Source of the DNA: Nannocystis bainbridge
Lineage (GTDB): Bacteria > Myxococcota_A > Polyangia > Nannocystales > Nannocystaceae
Assembly (NCBI RefSeq): GCF_028368995.1
Contig: NZ_JAQNDL010000001.1
Span: 2,112,001-2,176,000, forward strand
Direction of reading: 5' to 3'
DNA length: 64,000 bases
Positions 10,088-20,897 of the stretch are shown here, piece after piece. Each line of letters starts with the position of its first letter. The stretch's first letter is position 1. Under the pieces are notes generated by a model. The model ran no database searches. It was given only the letters and a program-made list of their open reading frames with translations, and was not told the origin of the DNA. Both the position numbers and the translations under genes were made by a program.

Positions 10088-10491
10088 CGCGGTCTCCGTG
10101 GGGGCGTCCCCCAACTCGATAGGATCAAACTCGAAACAGGATTTAGAGAACCAGGGTCCGCAGCCCCGCAGGGCGGACGGAGCGCCCCCGCAGGAGCTGC
10201 AGGAGCAAGGATCGGGCCCGGCGGGCCGTGCAGGAACCAGGGGTTCAGCCGCAAGAGTACACGGTTCAGGATCGGCAGACCGCCAGGGCCGGGGAGCGGG
10301 CGGCCATCAAGGCCGTGGGACGTGAAGCGATCGTCATGGAACGGGGCTCTGGCGGCCCGACTCGGGGATCTTCGCCTTACTACTCCGCTCCTCCATGCCG
10401 GCGCAAGTCCCCGCCGAAAGCGCCCGCGAACCGCGCAACTGCAGCGCATTCGGGCGCGTATGCGCCGCGTCTCGAGCTAGAGTGGCGAGTG

Positions 10492-11358
10492 ATGAACCCC
10501 ACCGTTCGCTGCGGCCTCATCCAGTGCAGTAATCCCATCAACGACGAGAGCGTCCCGGTCAAGGAGATCCAGCAGGCCATGCTCGACAAGCACCTGCCCT
10601 TCCTGAAGGAAGCCGGCCGGCGCGGCGTGCAGATCCTCTGCCTGCAAGAGATCTTCAACGGACCGTACTTCTGCCCGGGTCAAGACCGTCGCTGGTACGC
10701 GGCCGCCGAGCCGATTCCGGGGCCCACGACCGCGCTGATGCAGGAGTACGCGAAGTCGCTCGGCATGGCGATCGTCGTCCCGCTCTACGAGGAGGCGATG
10801 CGCGGCGTCTACTACAACACCGCGGCCGTGGTCGACGCCGACGGCACATACCTCGGCAAGTACCGCAAGCAGCACATCCCGCAGACCTCGGGGTTCTGGG
10901 AGAAGTTCTTCTTCAAGCCCGGTGACCTCGGGTACCCGGTCTTCCGCACGCAGTTCGCGACCATCGGGGTCTACATTTGCTACGACCGCCACTTCCCGGA
11001 GGGGGCCCGCGCCCTCGGGCTCAACGGCGCCGAGATCGTGTTCAACCCGAGCGCGACGGTGGCGGGTCTGAGCCAGTACCTGTGGAAGCTGGAGCAGCCG
11101 GCGCACGCGGTGGCCAACGGCTACTACGTCGGCGCGATCAACCGCGTCGGCACCGAGGCGCCGTGGAACATCGGCAAGTTCTACGGCCACAGCTACTTCG
11201 TCGACCCGCGCGGCAAGTTCCTCGCCGAGGCCAGCGAGGACCAGGACGAGCTCGTGGTCGCCGATCTCGACCTCGCGGTGATCGACGAGGTCCGCCAGAC
11301 CTGGCAGTTCTACCGCGACCGCCGCCCCGAGACCTACGGCGACCTCACCAAGCTGTGA
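10492..11358 (+). CDS. Nitrilase-family beta-ureidopropionase (N-carbamoyl-beta-alanine amidohydrolase)
   Basis: E-K-C triad (CLQE, KYRKQHIP, ICYDRHFPE); directly upstream of dihydropyrimidinase. Confidence 0.85.
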   Translation: MNPTVRCGLIQCSNPINDESVPVKEIQQAMLDKHLPFLKEAGRRGVQILCLQEIFNGPYFCPGQDRRWYAAAEPIPGPTTALMQEYAKSLGMAIVVPLYEEAMRGVYYNTAAVVDADGTYLGKYRKQHIPQTSGFWEKFFFKPGDLGYPVFRTQFATIGVYICYDRHFPEGARALGLNGAEIVFNPSATVAGLSQYLWKLEQPAHAVANGYYVGAINRVGTEAPWNIGKFYGHSYFVDPRGKFLAEASEDQDELVVADLDLAVIDEVRQTWQFYRDRRPETYGDLTKL

Positions 11359-11406
11359 GCGCCCGCCGTCCGCTTTCTTGAGCCCCTGTCCCCCGCGAGG
11401 TCTCGC

Positions 11407-12780
11407 ATGCCCGGCATCGTCGTCCGCAACGGTCAAGTCGTCACCGCCCTCGATCAATTCGTCGCCGACATTTACTGCGAGGACGGCAAGATCGTCGCCG
11501 TCGGCGAGAACCTCGAGGTCCCCGCCGGCACCGAGGTCATCGACGCCTCCGGGCAGCTCGTCATGCCGGGCGGCATCGACGCTCACACGCACATGGAGCT
11601 GCCGTTCATGGGCACCGTCAGCTCCGACGATTTCTTCACCGGCACCGCCGCCGGGGTCGCCGGCGGCACCACCTCGATCATCGACTTCATCATCCCGAGC
11701 CGCAACCAGAGCCTCATCGAGGCCCGCGACTTCTGGATGAACAACGCCAAGAAGGCCTGCGCCGACTACGGCTTCCACATGGCCGTGACCTGGTACGGCG
11801 AGCAGGTCGAGCAGGAGATGCGCCGCGTCTACCGCGAGGACGGCATCTCCTCGTTCAAGGTCTTCATGGCCTACACCGGCGCGATCGGGGTCGACGACGA
11901 CGAGATGATCGGCGTCATCGACACCGCCGCCGACCTCGGCGCCCTCGTCACCGCCCACTGCGAGCACGGCCTCGCCGTGCAGGCGCTGCAGCGCAAGCTG
12001 GTCGCCCAGGGCAAGACCAGCCCGCGCCACCACGCCGAGAGCCGGCCGTCATGGGTCGAGGGCGAGGCGACCAACCGCGCGATCATGCTGGCGCGCTGCT
12101 CGGGCCAGCCGATCTACATCGTCCACCTGACCTGCAAGGAGTCGCTCGACGCGGTCGTGCGCGCCCGCCAGGAGGGCCAGCTCGTCTACGTCGAGACCTG
12201 CCCGCAGTACCTGCTGCTCGACGACAGCGTCTACGACAAGCCCGACTTCGAGGGCGCGGCCTACGTCATGAGCCCGCCGATCCGCCCCAAGGGCCACCAG
12301 GAGGCGCTGTGGCACGCGCTGTCGTGCGGCCTCATCCACCACGTCGCCACCGACCACTGCCCGTTCCGCCAACATGACCAAAAGGTCATGGGCCTGCACG
12401 ACTTCACCAAGATCCCCAACGGCGCCGCCGGCATCGAGAATCGCATCGCCCTGATGTACACCTACGGCGTCGCCACCGGCCGGCTCACGCTGAACCAGCT
12501 GGTCGACGTCTGCTGCACCCAGCCGGCCAAGATCTTCGGCCTCTACCCGCGCAAGGGCGCGATCCGGGTCGGCGCCGACGCCGACCTGTTCACCTACGAC
12601 CCCGCCGCCTCGTCGACGATCAGCGCCCGCACCCACCACCAGCGGGTCGACCGCAACATCTTCGAGGGCTTCGCCATCCGCGGCGCCGTCACCAACACCG
12701 TGGTCGCCGGCAAGCTCGCGTTCACCGGCGGCGAGCTCCGCGTCGAGCGCGGCGCCGGCCGCTACCTCCACCGCGTGTGA
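11407..12780 (+). CDS. hydA: Dihydropyrimidinase (D-hydantoinase)
   Basis: PGGIDAHTHM, SFKVFMAY, ETCPQYL, MSPP.R, TDHCPF, KIPNG motifs. Confidence 0.93.
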   Translation: MPGIVVRNGQVVTALDQFVADIYCEDGKIVAVGENLEVPAGTEVIDASGQLVMPGGIDAHTHMELPFMGTVSSDDFFTGTAAGVAGGTTSIIDFIIPSRNQSLIEARDFWMNNAKKACADYGFHMAVTWYGEQVEQEMRRVYREDGISSFKVFMAYTGAIGVDDDEMIGVIDTAADLGALVTAHCEHGLAVQALQRKLVAQGKTSPRHHAESRPSWVEGEATNRAIMLARCSGQPIYIVHLTCKESLDAVVRARQEGQLVYVETCPQYLLLDDSVYDKPDFEGAAYVMSPPIRPKGHQEALWHALSCGLIHHVATDHCPFRQHDQKVMGLHDFTKIPNGAAGIENRIALMYTYGVATGRLTLNQLVDVCCTQPAKIFGLYPRKGAIRVGADADLFTYDPAASSTISARTHHQRVDRNIFEGFAIRGAVTNTVVAGKLAFTGGELRVERGAGRYLHRV

Positions 12781-12799
12781 GGTTTTGGCTGGCCGATCG

Positions 12800-12855
12800 G
12801 CCATGTCCTGGAAGACAGGCCCACTTCAGCCTGTCCTTTTAGCCATGTGCGCTCG
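12800..12855. repeat. 14-bp-period motif array (4 units)
   Basis: gccatgtcctggaa|gacaggcccacttc|agcctgtcctttta|gccatgtgcgctcg. Confidence 0.65.
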
Positions 12856-13065
12856 CCGGCGCGCAACGGCTCGCACGCGGGGCATGGCGCACCCGCGTCA
12901 GCCCACGCCGGAGCTGTCCCAACGGACCTGCTGCCAAGGACAGCCGCGCGCGGCGGTCCGCACCTGCCCACGGGCCGATCGCCGCTTCGCGGAACGGTCG
13001 TTCCTGTCCTGCAGGTCACTCGTAAACCCGCCCTTGCGGGAGGCACCTGCGGTATTGTGCGCTGG

Positions 13066-14241
13066 ATGCGTGTCTCGCAAGTCTGGCCTGCTGTCCTGGT
13101 AGCTCTGTACTCGACCCTGGCTCTGGCCCAGTCGCCTGCCATCTCTCCAGGTCCGCGGGGCGAGCCGGCCCCGGCCGCCGCTGTCGAGCCCGTCGCCAGC
13201 GAGCCCGTCGCGCCGGAGGGCCCGAGCGAGGACCCGGCCCCCGCCGCCGCCGACCCGGCCCCCGTGCAGCACACGACCGCCCCGCCCTCGTCGCCCGAGG
13301 GCGTCGCCGACTCGTCGCGCACGCCGATCGTCGAGCCCCGCGCCAAGCCTGACGGCACCGGCGAGCTGCCGCCGCTGCCGGCCCGCCATCGCCTCGTCTA
13401 CAGCAACCTGCTGGTCCTGCGCGTCAACCCGCTCGGCGCCGAGGACCGCTTCACCCTCGGCTACAACCTCCGCCTCTACAACAACGCCAAGCCGCTGTTC
13501 CGCGACGCCTACTTCGGCGTCGGCTTCAGCCCGACCTTCTCGCCGTCGATCACCCGCATCGGCGGCAACATCGACTTCGCCCCGCTGACGATCCTCCGCT
13601 TCCGCGGCGCCTACTACCTCGCCACCTGGTATGGCAGCGATCGCTTCAAGGCCCACCCGTACTCGTCGCCGACGGCCGAGTACGGCCCCGCGAAGCTCAA
13701 GGACGAGGCGGGCACCAGCACTCTCGGCGGTCAGGCCGAGCTCAGCGCGCTGTTCCAGGTCCGCGTCAAGATGATCGCGATCCGCAACGAGGTCACGTTC
13801 TATCACAACAACATCCGCCTCCCGAGCGGCAGCGACGTGTTCTACGACCTGCGCCACGACGTGCTCGTGCCCGGCAAGGGTTGGTTCCTCACCAACGACA
13901 CCGACCTGCTGTACATGACGAAGTTCGGCCTCAACGCCGGCGTCCGCAACTCGCTGGTCCACGTGTTCTACCGCTCGGACATGTACGGCCCCGGCGAGGA
14001 CGCCTCGGTCAACCCCAACACGCCGATGGACCGCCTCGGCCCGGTCCTGACCTACACCTTCTTCGACCGCCCCGAGAAGCGCTTCAACAAGCCCACTCTG
14101 GTGTTCGCCGCCCAGTGGTGGCTAAAGCACCGCTACCGCGGCCAGGGAGCGCCGGGCATGGAAGACCGGATCCACCAGGGCATCCCGCTGTTCCTGCTCG
14201 GCTTCTCGTTCACCGGCGAGCTGGTCAAGAGCAAGCACTGA
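13066..14241 (+). CDS. Secreted / outer-membrane beta-strand-rich protein, hypothetical
   Basis: Signal peptide (..LALAQ), Pro/Ala-rich linker, amphipathic aromatic beta strands, C-terminal GFSFTG. Confidence 0.7.
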   Translation: MRVSQVWPAVLVALYSTLALAQSPAISPGPRGEPAPAAAVEPVASEPVAPEGPSEDPAPAAADPAPVQHTTAPPSSPEGVADSSRTPIVEPRAKPDGTGELPPLPARHRLVYSNLLVLRVNPLGAEDRFTLGYNLRLYNNAKPLFRDAYFGVGFSPTFSPSITRIGGNIDFAPLTILRFRGAYYLATWYGSDRFKAHPYSSPTAEYGPAKLKDEAGTSTLGGQAELSALFQVRVKMIAIRNEVTFYHNNIRLPSGSDVFYDLRHDVLVPGKGWFLTNDTDLLYMTKFGLNAGVRNSLVHVFYRSDMYGPGEDASVNPNTPMDRLGPVLTYTFFDRPEKRFNKPTLVFAAQWWLKHRYRGQGAPGMEDRIHQGIPLFLLGFSFTGELVKSKH

Positions 14242-14320
14242 GCCGCCGCCCCCTCCGAGTCGCCGCGATGCCCCGCGCTCGCGGCGATTTTTTTGCCCGC
14301 GGATCCGCCGGCCTCGCAAA

Positions 14321-14348
14321 CACATGTCCTTTGGGACATGTCCTGAAG
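14321..14348. repeat. 14-bp-period motif array (2 units)
   Basis: cacatgtcctttgg|gacatgtcctgaag. Confidence 0.7.
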
Positions 14349-14453
14349 ACCGCACGCCTCGCGGGTCTGCTCGATCCGCGGGCCCGGGGCGATCGCTCCG
14401 CCCGCGGCGATCTCCTGGAGCAGGCACACCGCGGCCCTGCTACGATCGCGCCG

Positions 14454-15386
14454 ATGACGAAGCGCGACTGGACCACCGCGGGCGCCGGCGGCGAGCCCCT
14501 GTTGCGGGCGCTGGCCGGCTTGCCGGGCTCGGTGTTGACATCGTTCCTGCTGACCCTCGCCGACCTTCGGGCCCGCGAGCGCAGCCCCGCCGACGTGCTC
14601 CGACAGTGGGAGGTCGACACCTTCACCGGCCTCGCCGCCGTCGACCTGCGCCGGCTGCTGCGGGCCGAGCTGCGGCTGCTCGACGCCGCCGCCGGGTTCG
14701 AGGCCGTCGAGCTGGCGCCGCTGGCTCCGCTGGCCACCTGCGCCGCCGTCGGCCCGACCAGCCAGAACAAGATCGTCACCACCATGCGCGGCACCGAGGT
14801 CGTATCCGACTCGACCAATGTCCTCGCGCTCGAGTGTGCCCGTCGACTCCGACGCGACCCCCATACACCCGTGCGATTGGCCACCTGCCAGCGCGTCGTC
14901 CGGGCCCAGGAGGTCCCGCGGCGGCCCGGCTACGCCCACCACTTCAAGCTGTTCTCGCTGGCCACGGCCGGGCGACAGACGCGAGATCATGGTTTTCTGG
15001 TCGATGCCTTGGTCGAGCATGTGCGGACCCTGCTCCGTGGATTCGATCAATTGACCCAGGAAGGTTTCACATTTGGCCGACGGTCCGTCCGCTTGCTGGC
15101 CACCACCGCCCGCAATGCGGTCGCCGATCGCATCGCCGAGCAATTGGCACCAGTCGTCGACCTCGCCCGCAGACCGCTCGATCACGATTATTACGACGGT
15201 CTGCGCTTCATCATCGAGATCGAGGCCCCGGACGGCAGCGTGGTCCCGATCGCCGATGGCGGCGCTTTCGACTGGGTGGCCCGCCTGGCCGCCAACCGCC
15301 GCCTGGTGTTCGTCGCCAGCGGTCTCGGCACCCAGTTGGTGGTCCTGTTGTTCGGAGGCTCGGCCTCTTTACAGTCGCGGAAGTGA
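14454..15386 (+). CDS. Hypothetical protein with class II aminoacyl-tRNA-synthetase-like catalytic motifs
   Basis: RVVRAQ...HFKLF resembles motif 2; YYDGLRF...IADGG.FDW...VASGLGTQL resembles the HisRS motif 3 region; no anticodon-binding domain. Confidence 0.6.
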   Translation: MTKRDWTTAGAGGEPLLRALAGLPGSVLTSFLLTLADLRARERSPADVLRQWEVDTFTGLAAVDLRRLLRAELRLLDAAAGFEAVELAPLAPLATCAAVGPTSQNKIVTTMRGTEVVSDSTNVLALECARRLRRDPHTPVRLATCQRVVRAQEVPRRPGYAHHFKLFSLATAGRQTRDHGFLVDALVEHVRTLLRGFDQLTQEGFTFGRRSVRLLATTARNAVADRIAEQLAPVVDLARRPLDHDYYDGLRFIIEIEAPDGSVVPIADGGAFDWVARLAANRRLVFVASGLGTQLVVLLFGGSASLQSRK

Positions 15387-15486
15387 CAGCCATCATTCGC
15401 CGGGCGTGGCCGCTGATCCCTCCGACGTCGCTCGGGCAGAAGGTCCACCGGGCCGCGATGCCGACGGAATCTCGCGCCCCGCAGGT

Positions 15487-16422
15487 ATGGCGGACCGCGG
15501 TCCCGTCAATGGCGCCCGGCACCTGTCCCAACCGCCAGCTGCGGACAATGGCCACCCGCTGCGGCCGCTGCTGCGGACCGGCGCGACCCGGGTCGCGTCG
15601 CGGCTGTCCGGCCCCGCCGCACATGTCCCGTGGGCCATCCTCCACGGCGACGTGCGCGACGGCCTGGCCGCGCTGGCCGACGAGTCGGTCGCCTGCATCG
15701 TCACCAGCCCGCCGTACTTCTGGCAGCGCGACTACGGGGTCGCCGGCCAGCTCGGGCACGAGCCCACCATCGCCGGCTACGTCGCCGCGATGCGCGAGGT
15801 GTTCGCCGCGGCCCGGCGCGTGCTCAAGAAGGACGGCGCGCTGTTCCTCAACCTCGGCGACACCTACTACTCGGCCAAGGGTCGCCCGCACGGCCGCGAC
15901 GACAAGCACCGCGGCCGCATGCTCGCGCGCAGCACCCTGCGCGCGGTCGACGGCCCCGGCCTCGGCCTGCCGCGCAAGAGCCTGATCGGCATCCCCTGGC
16001 GGGTCGCGCTCGCGCTGCAGGAGGACGGCTGGACCCTGCGCAGCGACATCATCTGGAAGCGCCCGGCCACCATGCCCGAGCCGACCGCCCGCGACCGCCC
16101 GTGGAACACCCACGAGCACGTGTTCCTGTTCTCCCTCACCCCGCGCTACCACTTCGACCGCGGCGGCCTCCAGGGCGAAGAGGACATCTGGCAGATCACC
16201 GCCCGCCCCGACAACCCCGCCGCCCACTTCGCCCCGTTCCCCGCCGCCCTCGCCGAGCGCTGCATCCGCACCGGCTGCCGCCCCGGCGGCGTCGTGCTCG
16301 ACCCGTTCGCCGGCTCCGGCACCACCCTCCTGGCCGCCCGCGCCCTCGGTCACCCGGCCGTCGGCATCGAGCTGTCCCCCAGCTACTGCGAGGCCATGGT
16401 CACCGCGCTCGGCGGCACATGA
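15487..16422 (+). CDS. Orphan site-specific DNA methyltransferase (N4-C/N6-A, beta class)
   Basis: VTSPPY (motif IV) precedes VLDPFAGSGTT (motif I); start uncertain, between about 15487 and 15630. Confidence 0.88.
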   Translation: MADRGPVNGARHLSQPPAADNGHPLRPLLRTGATRVASRLSGPAAHVPWAILHGDVRDGLAALADESVACIVTSPPYFWQRDYGVAGQLGHEPTIAGYVAAMREVFAAARRVLKKDGALFLNLGDTYYSAKGRPHGRDDKHRGRMLARSTLRAVDGPGLGLPRKSLIGIPWRVALALQEDGWTLRSDIIWKRPATMPEPTARDRPWNTHEHVFLFSLTPRYHFDRGGLQGEEDIWQITARPDNPAAHFAPFPAALAERCIRTGCRPGGVVLDPFAGSGTTLLAARALGHPAVGIELSPSYCEAMVTALGGT

Positions 16423-16457
16423 CCTCGGCGACATGTCGACATGGCCATGTCCGATCG
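16416..16457. repeat. 14-bp-period motif array (3 units) between convergent genes
   Basis: cacatgacctcggc|gacatgtcgacatg|gccatgtccgatcg. Confidence 0.7.
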
Positions 16458-16462
16458 GCCAG

Positions 16463-17605
<1,143 letters not shown>

Positions 17606-17625
17606 CGCAGCCTCTTATCGCACAA

Positions 17626-18069
17626 TCACAGGAACGGGGCGACCACCGCCTCCAGCTGCGGCCCGAACACCGCGCCCGGCTGACGGAACGCCAGCGCTCC
17701 GTTCGCGTACACGCACAGCGTCGGGATCGACTGGATCTGCAGCGCCCCCGCCGTCTCGCGGTGCTCCTCCGTGTTCAGCTTCAGCACCAGCAGCTTGCCC
17801 GCGTGCCGGCCCGCGAGGTCGGCGATGTGCGGCGCGAGCTGGCGGCACGGCCCGCACCACGGGGCCCAGAAATCGACCAGAACCGGCACCGGCGAGCTGG
17901 CCACCGCGCGCTGCAGCTCCGCGTCGCTCACGTCCTGCGGGTGCCCGGTGGTGTCGAGCTTCTGCTTGCAGCGCCCGCACTTCGGCGCGTCGAAGCGGCG
18001 CGCGGCCGCGATCTTGTTCAACTGCCCGCACGCCCCGCATCGGAACAACAGCCCGTCGCTCATCGTCAT
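17626..18069 (-). CDS. trxC: Thioredoxin 2 (Zn-finger TrxC type)
   Basis: N-terminal CGAC...CGRC Zn site plus DFWAPWCGPC active site. Confidence 0.88.
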   Translation of the reverse strand: MTMSDGLLFRCGACGQLNKIAAARRFDAPKCGRCKQKLDTTGHPQDVSDAELQRAVASSPVPVLVDFWAPWCGPCRQLAPHIADLAGRHAGKLLVLKLNTEEHRETAGALQIQSIPTLCVYANGALAFRQPGAVFGPQLEAVVAPFL

Positions 18070-18165
18070 CACCTCCGCGCGCCTGCGCGCCGGCAAAACT
18101 AGTCACCGCCGTCGACTCTGGCAACCCGAACGAATCTATCGGGCCCGGCGCGCGTACCACTGCCG

Positions 18166-18987
18166 GTGCCTCGCCTCAGCCCGGTCGTCGCCGCCCTCGC
18201 CCTCCTCGCCTGTGCGGCCCCGTTTTGGCCCGCCTCCGAGGCCCACGCCGGCGACTTCCTGCAGCGGCAGCGCCGCTTCCCGCGGGTCGAGGCCGCGCTG
18301 GAGCGCCACCAGGACGCGCTCGTCGACCGCTTCCGCGCCGCTGGCGCGGCGTGGCCCCCGCGCCAGCTCTTCATCCGCAGCTTCAAGGTCGAGGCCGTCA
18401 CCGAGCTGTGGGCCGCGTCTCGAAACGAGGGCGAGCCGCACGTGCTGGTGCGGACCTTCCCGATCTGCCAGAGCAGCGGCGGGCTCGGGCCCAAGCGACG
18501 CATGGGTGACTTGCAGGTCCCCGAGGGTTTCTACCGCGTCAGCCTGTTCAACCCCCGGAGCAGCTACCACCTCTCGCTCGGCGTCAGCTACCCCAACGCC
18601 GCCGATCGCCGGCACAGCGCCGGCCAGCCGCCCGGCAGCGCCATCATGATCCACGGCGACTGCGTCACGATCGGCTGCATCCCGCTCGAGGACGGGCCGA
18701 TCGAAGAGCTCTACCTCGCCGCCGTGTTCGCCCGCGACGCCGGCCAGCGCGACATCCCGATCCACATCTTCCCGTGCCGCCTCGACGACCCGACCTGTCA
18801 GGCGCGCCTGGCCACCGAGAGCGCCGCACGGCCCGAGCTCGCCGCGTTCTGGGACGGCCTCGTGCCCGGTTACCTCGCCTTCCTCCAGACCGGCGCCCCG
18901 CCGCGGGTGCTCGCCGACAAGGGCGGCACCTACGAGGTCGCCCCGCCGCCGCGCCCGCGTCGCCCGCTCGTCGCCGCCGGCGAGTGA
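18166..18987 (+). CDS. L,D-transpeptidase/amidase family protein (YkuD; YafK/DpaA-like)
   Basis: Signal peptide; GPKR..GD.QVPEGFY, FNPRS.YHLS...SYPN, IMIHGDCVTIGC. Confidence 0.85.
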   Translation: MPRLSPVVAALALLACAAPFWPASEAHAGDFLQRQRRFPRVEAALERHQDALVDRFRAAGAAWPPRQLFIRSFKVEAVTELWAASRNEGEPHVLVRTFPICQSSGGLGPKRRMGDLQVPEGFYRVSLFNPRSSYHLSLGVSYPNAADRRHSAGQPPGSAIMIHGDCVTIGCIPLEDGPIEELYLAAVFARDAGQRDIPIHIFPCRLDDPTCQARLATESAARPELAAFWDGLVPGYLAFLQTGAPPRVLADKGGTYEVAPPPRPRRPLVAAGE

Positions 18988-19027
18988 TATGTCTTTCGGG
19001 ACATGTCGCTCCACACATGTCCCTGAC
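18986..19027. repeat. 14-bp-period motif array (3 units)
   Basis: gatatgtctttcgg|gacatgtcgctcca|cacatgtccctgac. Confidence 0.7.
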
Positions 19028-19137
19028 AATTGTTTCACGTCGCTGCGGCGCGATCGGGACCGCCCTGACGCTCGCAGTCACGCCCGGCTGCAGGGACCGG
19101 ACTTGCCGCGGCCCATGAATCGGGCCAGCATGCCCGC

Positions 19138-20781
19138 ATGCTTGTTAGCCTCCATACACGTATCGAGCCGTTGCGGCTCTCGCTCTTCCTTGCGATGGGT
19201 CTGCTCGGCGCGTGCGGCGACGACGGCGGGACCTCGGCGGGGACCGACAGCGGGACCAGCACCGGCACCACGCAATCCCCCACCACCGGCACCACGGCCA
19301 CCGACACCACCGACACCACCGGCGCCCCCACCACCGGCATGACGGGCACCTCGGAGACCGGCACCGACACCACTTCGACGACGACGACCACCACCACTGG
19401 TGAGACCACCGCCGTCAGCGCCACCACCCTCGACACCACGAGCCTCGACACCACCACCAGCGACACCACGACCTCGACCACGAGCGACACCGACGGCCCC
19501 GACCCCGAGTGCACCGTCCTCATGCAGGGCATGACCGATCCGCCCGTGCCGTCGGGGTGGGTCAAGTGCGGCGACAAGCTGCCGCACCGCGTCGAGGAGG
19601 AGGTGTGCCTCGTGCCCGCGCCGCCCGCGAGCTGCCCGCTGGACAATCAGCCGTGCAAGACCAATGACGACTGCACCGAGCTCCCGTTCGGCTCGTGCCA
19701 GTACTTCAACGTCGGCTTCGAGGGCTGCGGCTGCTCGTACGGCTGCGAGACCGACGCCGACTGCGACCCCGGCTTCGTCTGCCGCTGCGGCGGCGACATC
19801 CTCGGCAAGACCTCGCAGTGCGTCGCCTCCGAGTGCACCAGCGACGCCGACTGCGGCGACCAGCTGTGCCAGTTCTCGCAGTCGATGGGCTACGACTGCG
19901 CCCCCGAGGTCATCAACGGCGCCTGCACCACGCCCAACGACCTCTGCGACATGGACCCGCCCTGCGGCGACACGCCGTGCGCCTACAACACCGACAACGA
20001 CGTGTGGGAGTGCTCGCTGGTCGCCTGCGGCCGCCCGTTCATGGTCGACGACCACGCCGTCACCGCGCCCGCCGCGGCGCGCGACGACTGGCGCGCCCTC
20101 GCCTCGGTCGCCTCGGCGCCGGCCGACGTGCGCGCGGCCCTGGCCGCCCACTGGACGCAGATCGCCCTCGCCGAGCACGCCTCGGTCGCCTCGTTCGCCC
20201 GCCACATCCTCCAGCTGCTCGCCGTCGGCGCGCCGCCGGAGTTCGTGCTCGACACCCAGCGGGCCCTCGCCGACGAGGTCGAGCACGCGCGCCTGTGCTT
20301 CGCCCTGGCCAGCAGCTACGGCGGCGCCGGCGTCGGCCCGGGCCCGCTCGCGCAGGCCCACGAGCCCGGCGCCACCGACCTCGAGGCGGTCGTCGCCGCC
20401 GTCATCCGCGAGGCCTGCGTCGGCGAGACGCTCTCGGCCCTCGAGGCGCGCGAGGCCGCCGAGCGGGCCGCCGATCCGGGCCTGCGACGGATCCTCGCCC
20501 GCATCGCCGACGACGAGCAGCGCCACGCCGAGCTCGGCTGGCGGTTCGTCCGCTGGGCCCGCGAGCAGCTGAGCGACGACGCCCGCGAACGCACCGACGC
20601 GGTGTTCGCCGCCGCCGTCGCCGACGCCGCCGCGAGCGCCGGTCACATGTCCCGAGAGCCAGGTACGCCCGAGCTCCGCGCCCACGGCGTCGTCGACGCC
20701 CCGCTGCGCGCCTCGGTGTGGCTGCGCGGCCTCCAGGGCCTGGTCAACCCGGCCGCCGCCGCCCTCCGCGCCGCCGCCTGA
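19138..20781 (+). CDS. Myxobacterial lipoprotein: Thr linker, Cys-rich region and ferritin-like domain
   Basis: LGACGDD lipobox; CGRP; AEHASVASF...DEVEHAR...EACVGET...DEQRHA di-iron-like ExxH motifs. Confidence 0.85.
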   Translation: MLVSLHTRIEPLRLSLFLAMGLLGACGDDGGTSAGTDSGTSTGTTQSPTTGTTATDTTDTTGAPTTGMTGTSETGTDTTSTTTTTTTGETTAVSATTLDTTSLDTTTSDTTTSTTSDTDGPDPECTVLMQGMTDPPVPSGWVKCGDKLPHRVEEEVCLVPAPPASCPLDNQPCKTNDDCTELPFGSCQYFNVGFEGCGCSYGCETDADCDPGFVCRCGGDILGKTSQCVASECTSDADCGDQLCQFSQSMGYDCAPEVINGACTTPNDLCDMDPPCGDTPCAYNTDNDVWECSLVACGRPFMVDDHAVTAPAAARDDWRALASVASAPADVRAALAAHWTQIALAEHASVASFARHILQLLAVGAPPEFVLDTQRALADEVEHARLCFALASSYGGAGVGPGPLAQAHEPGATDLEAVVAAVIREACVGETLSALEAREAAERAADPGLRRILARIADDEQRHAELGWRFVRWAREQLSDDARERTDAVFAAAVADAAASAGHMSREPGTPELRAHGVVDAPLRASVWLRGLQGLVNPAAAALRAAA

Positions 20782-20824
20782 GCGCCTGTCGCCGAGGGTG
20801 CGCCCTCGGCCCTCTGTCACATCA

Positions 20825-20894
20825 GACATGCTCCAAAGCGCATGTCCGATGTGACATGTCGCCTGGAGCATGCCCCTTCGGGCATGTCCCTTCG
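20825..20894. repeat. 14-bp-period motif array (5 units) between convergent genes
   Basis: gacatgctccaaag|cgcatgtccgatgt|gacatgtcgcctgg|agcatgccccttcg|ggcatgtcccttcg. Confidence 0.85.
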
Positions 20895-20897
20895 GCC

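Noticed and set aside
10130-10330. Recurrent CAGGA/GGTTCAG words in the divergent intergenic region
   Set aside because: Irregular spacing; no definable repeat unit or RNA structure.
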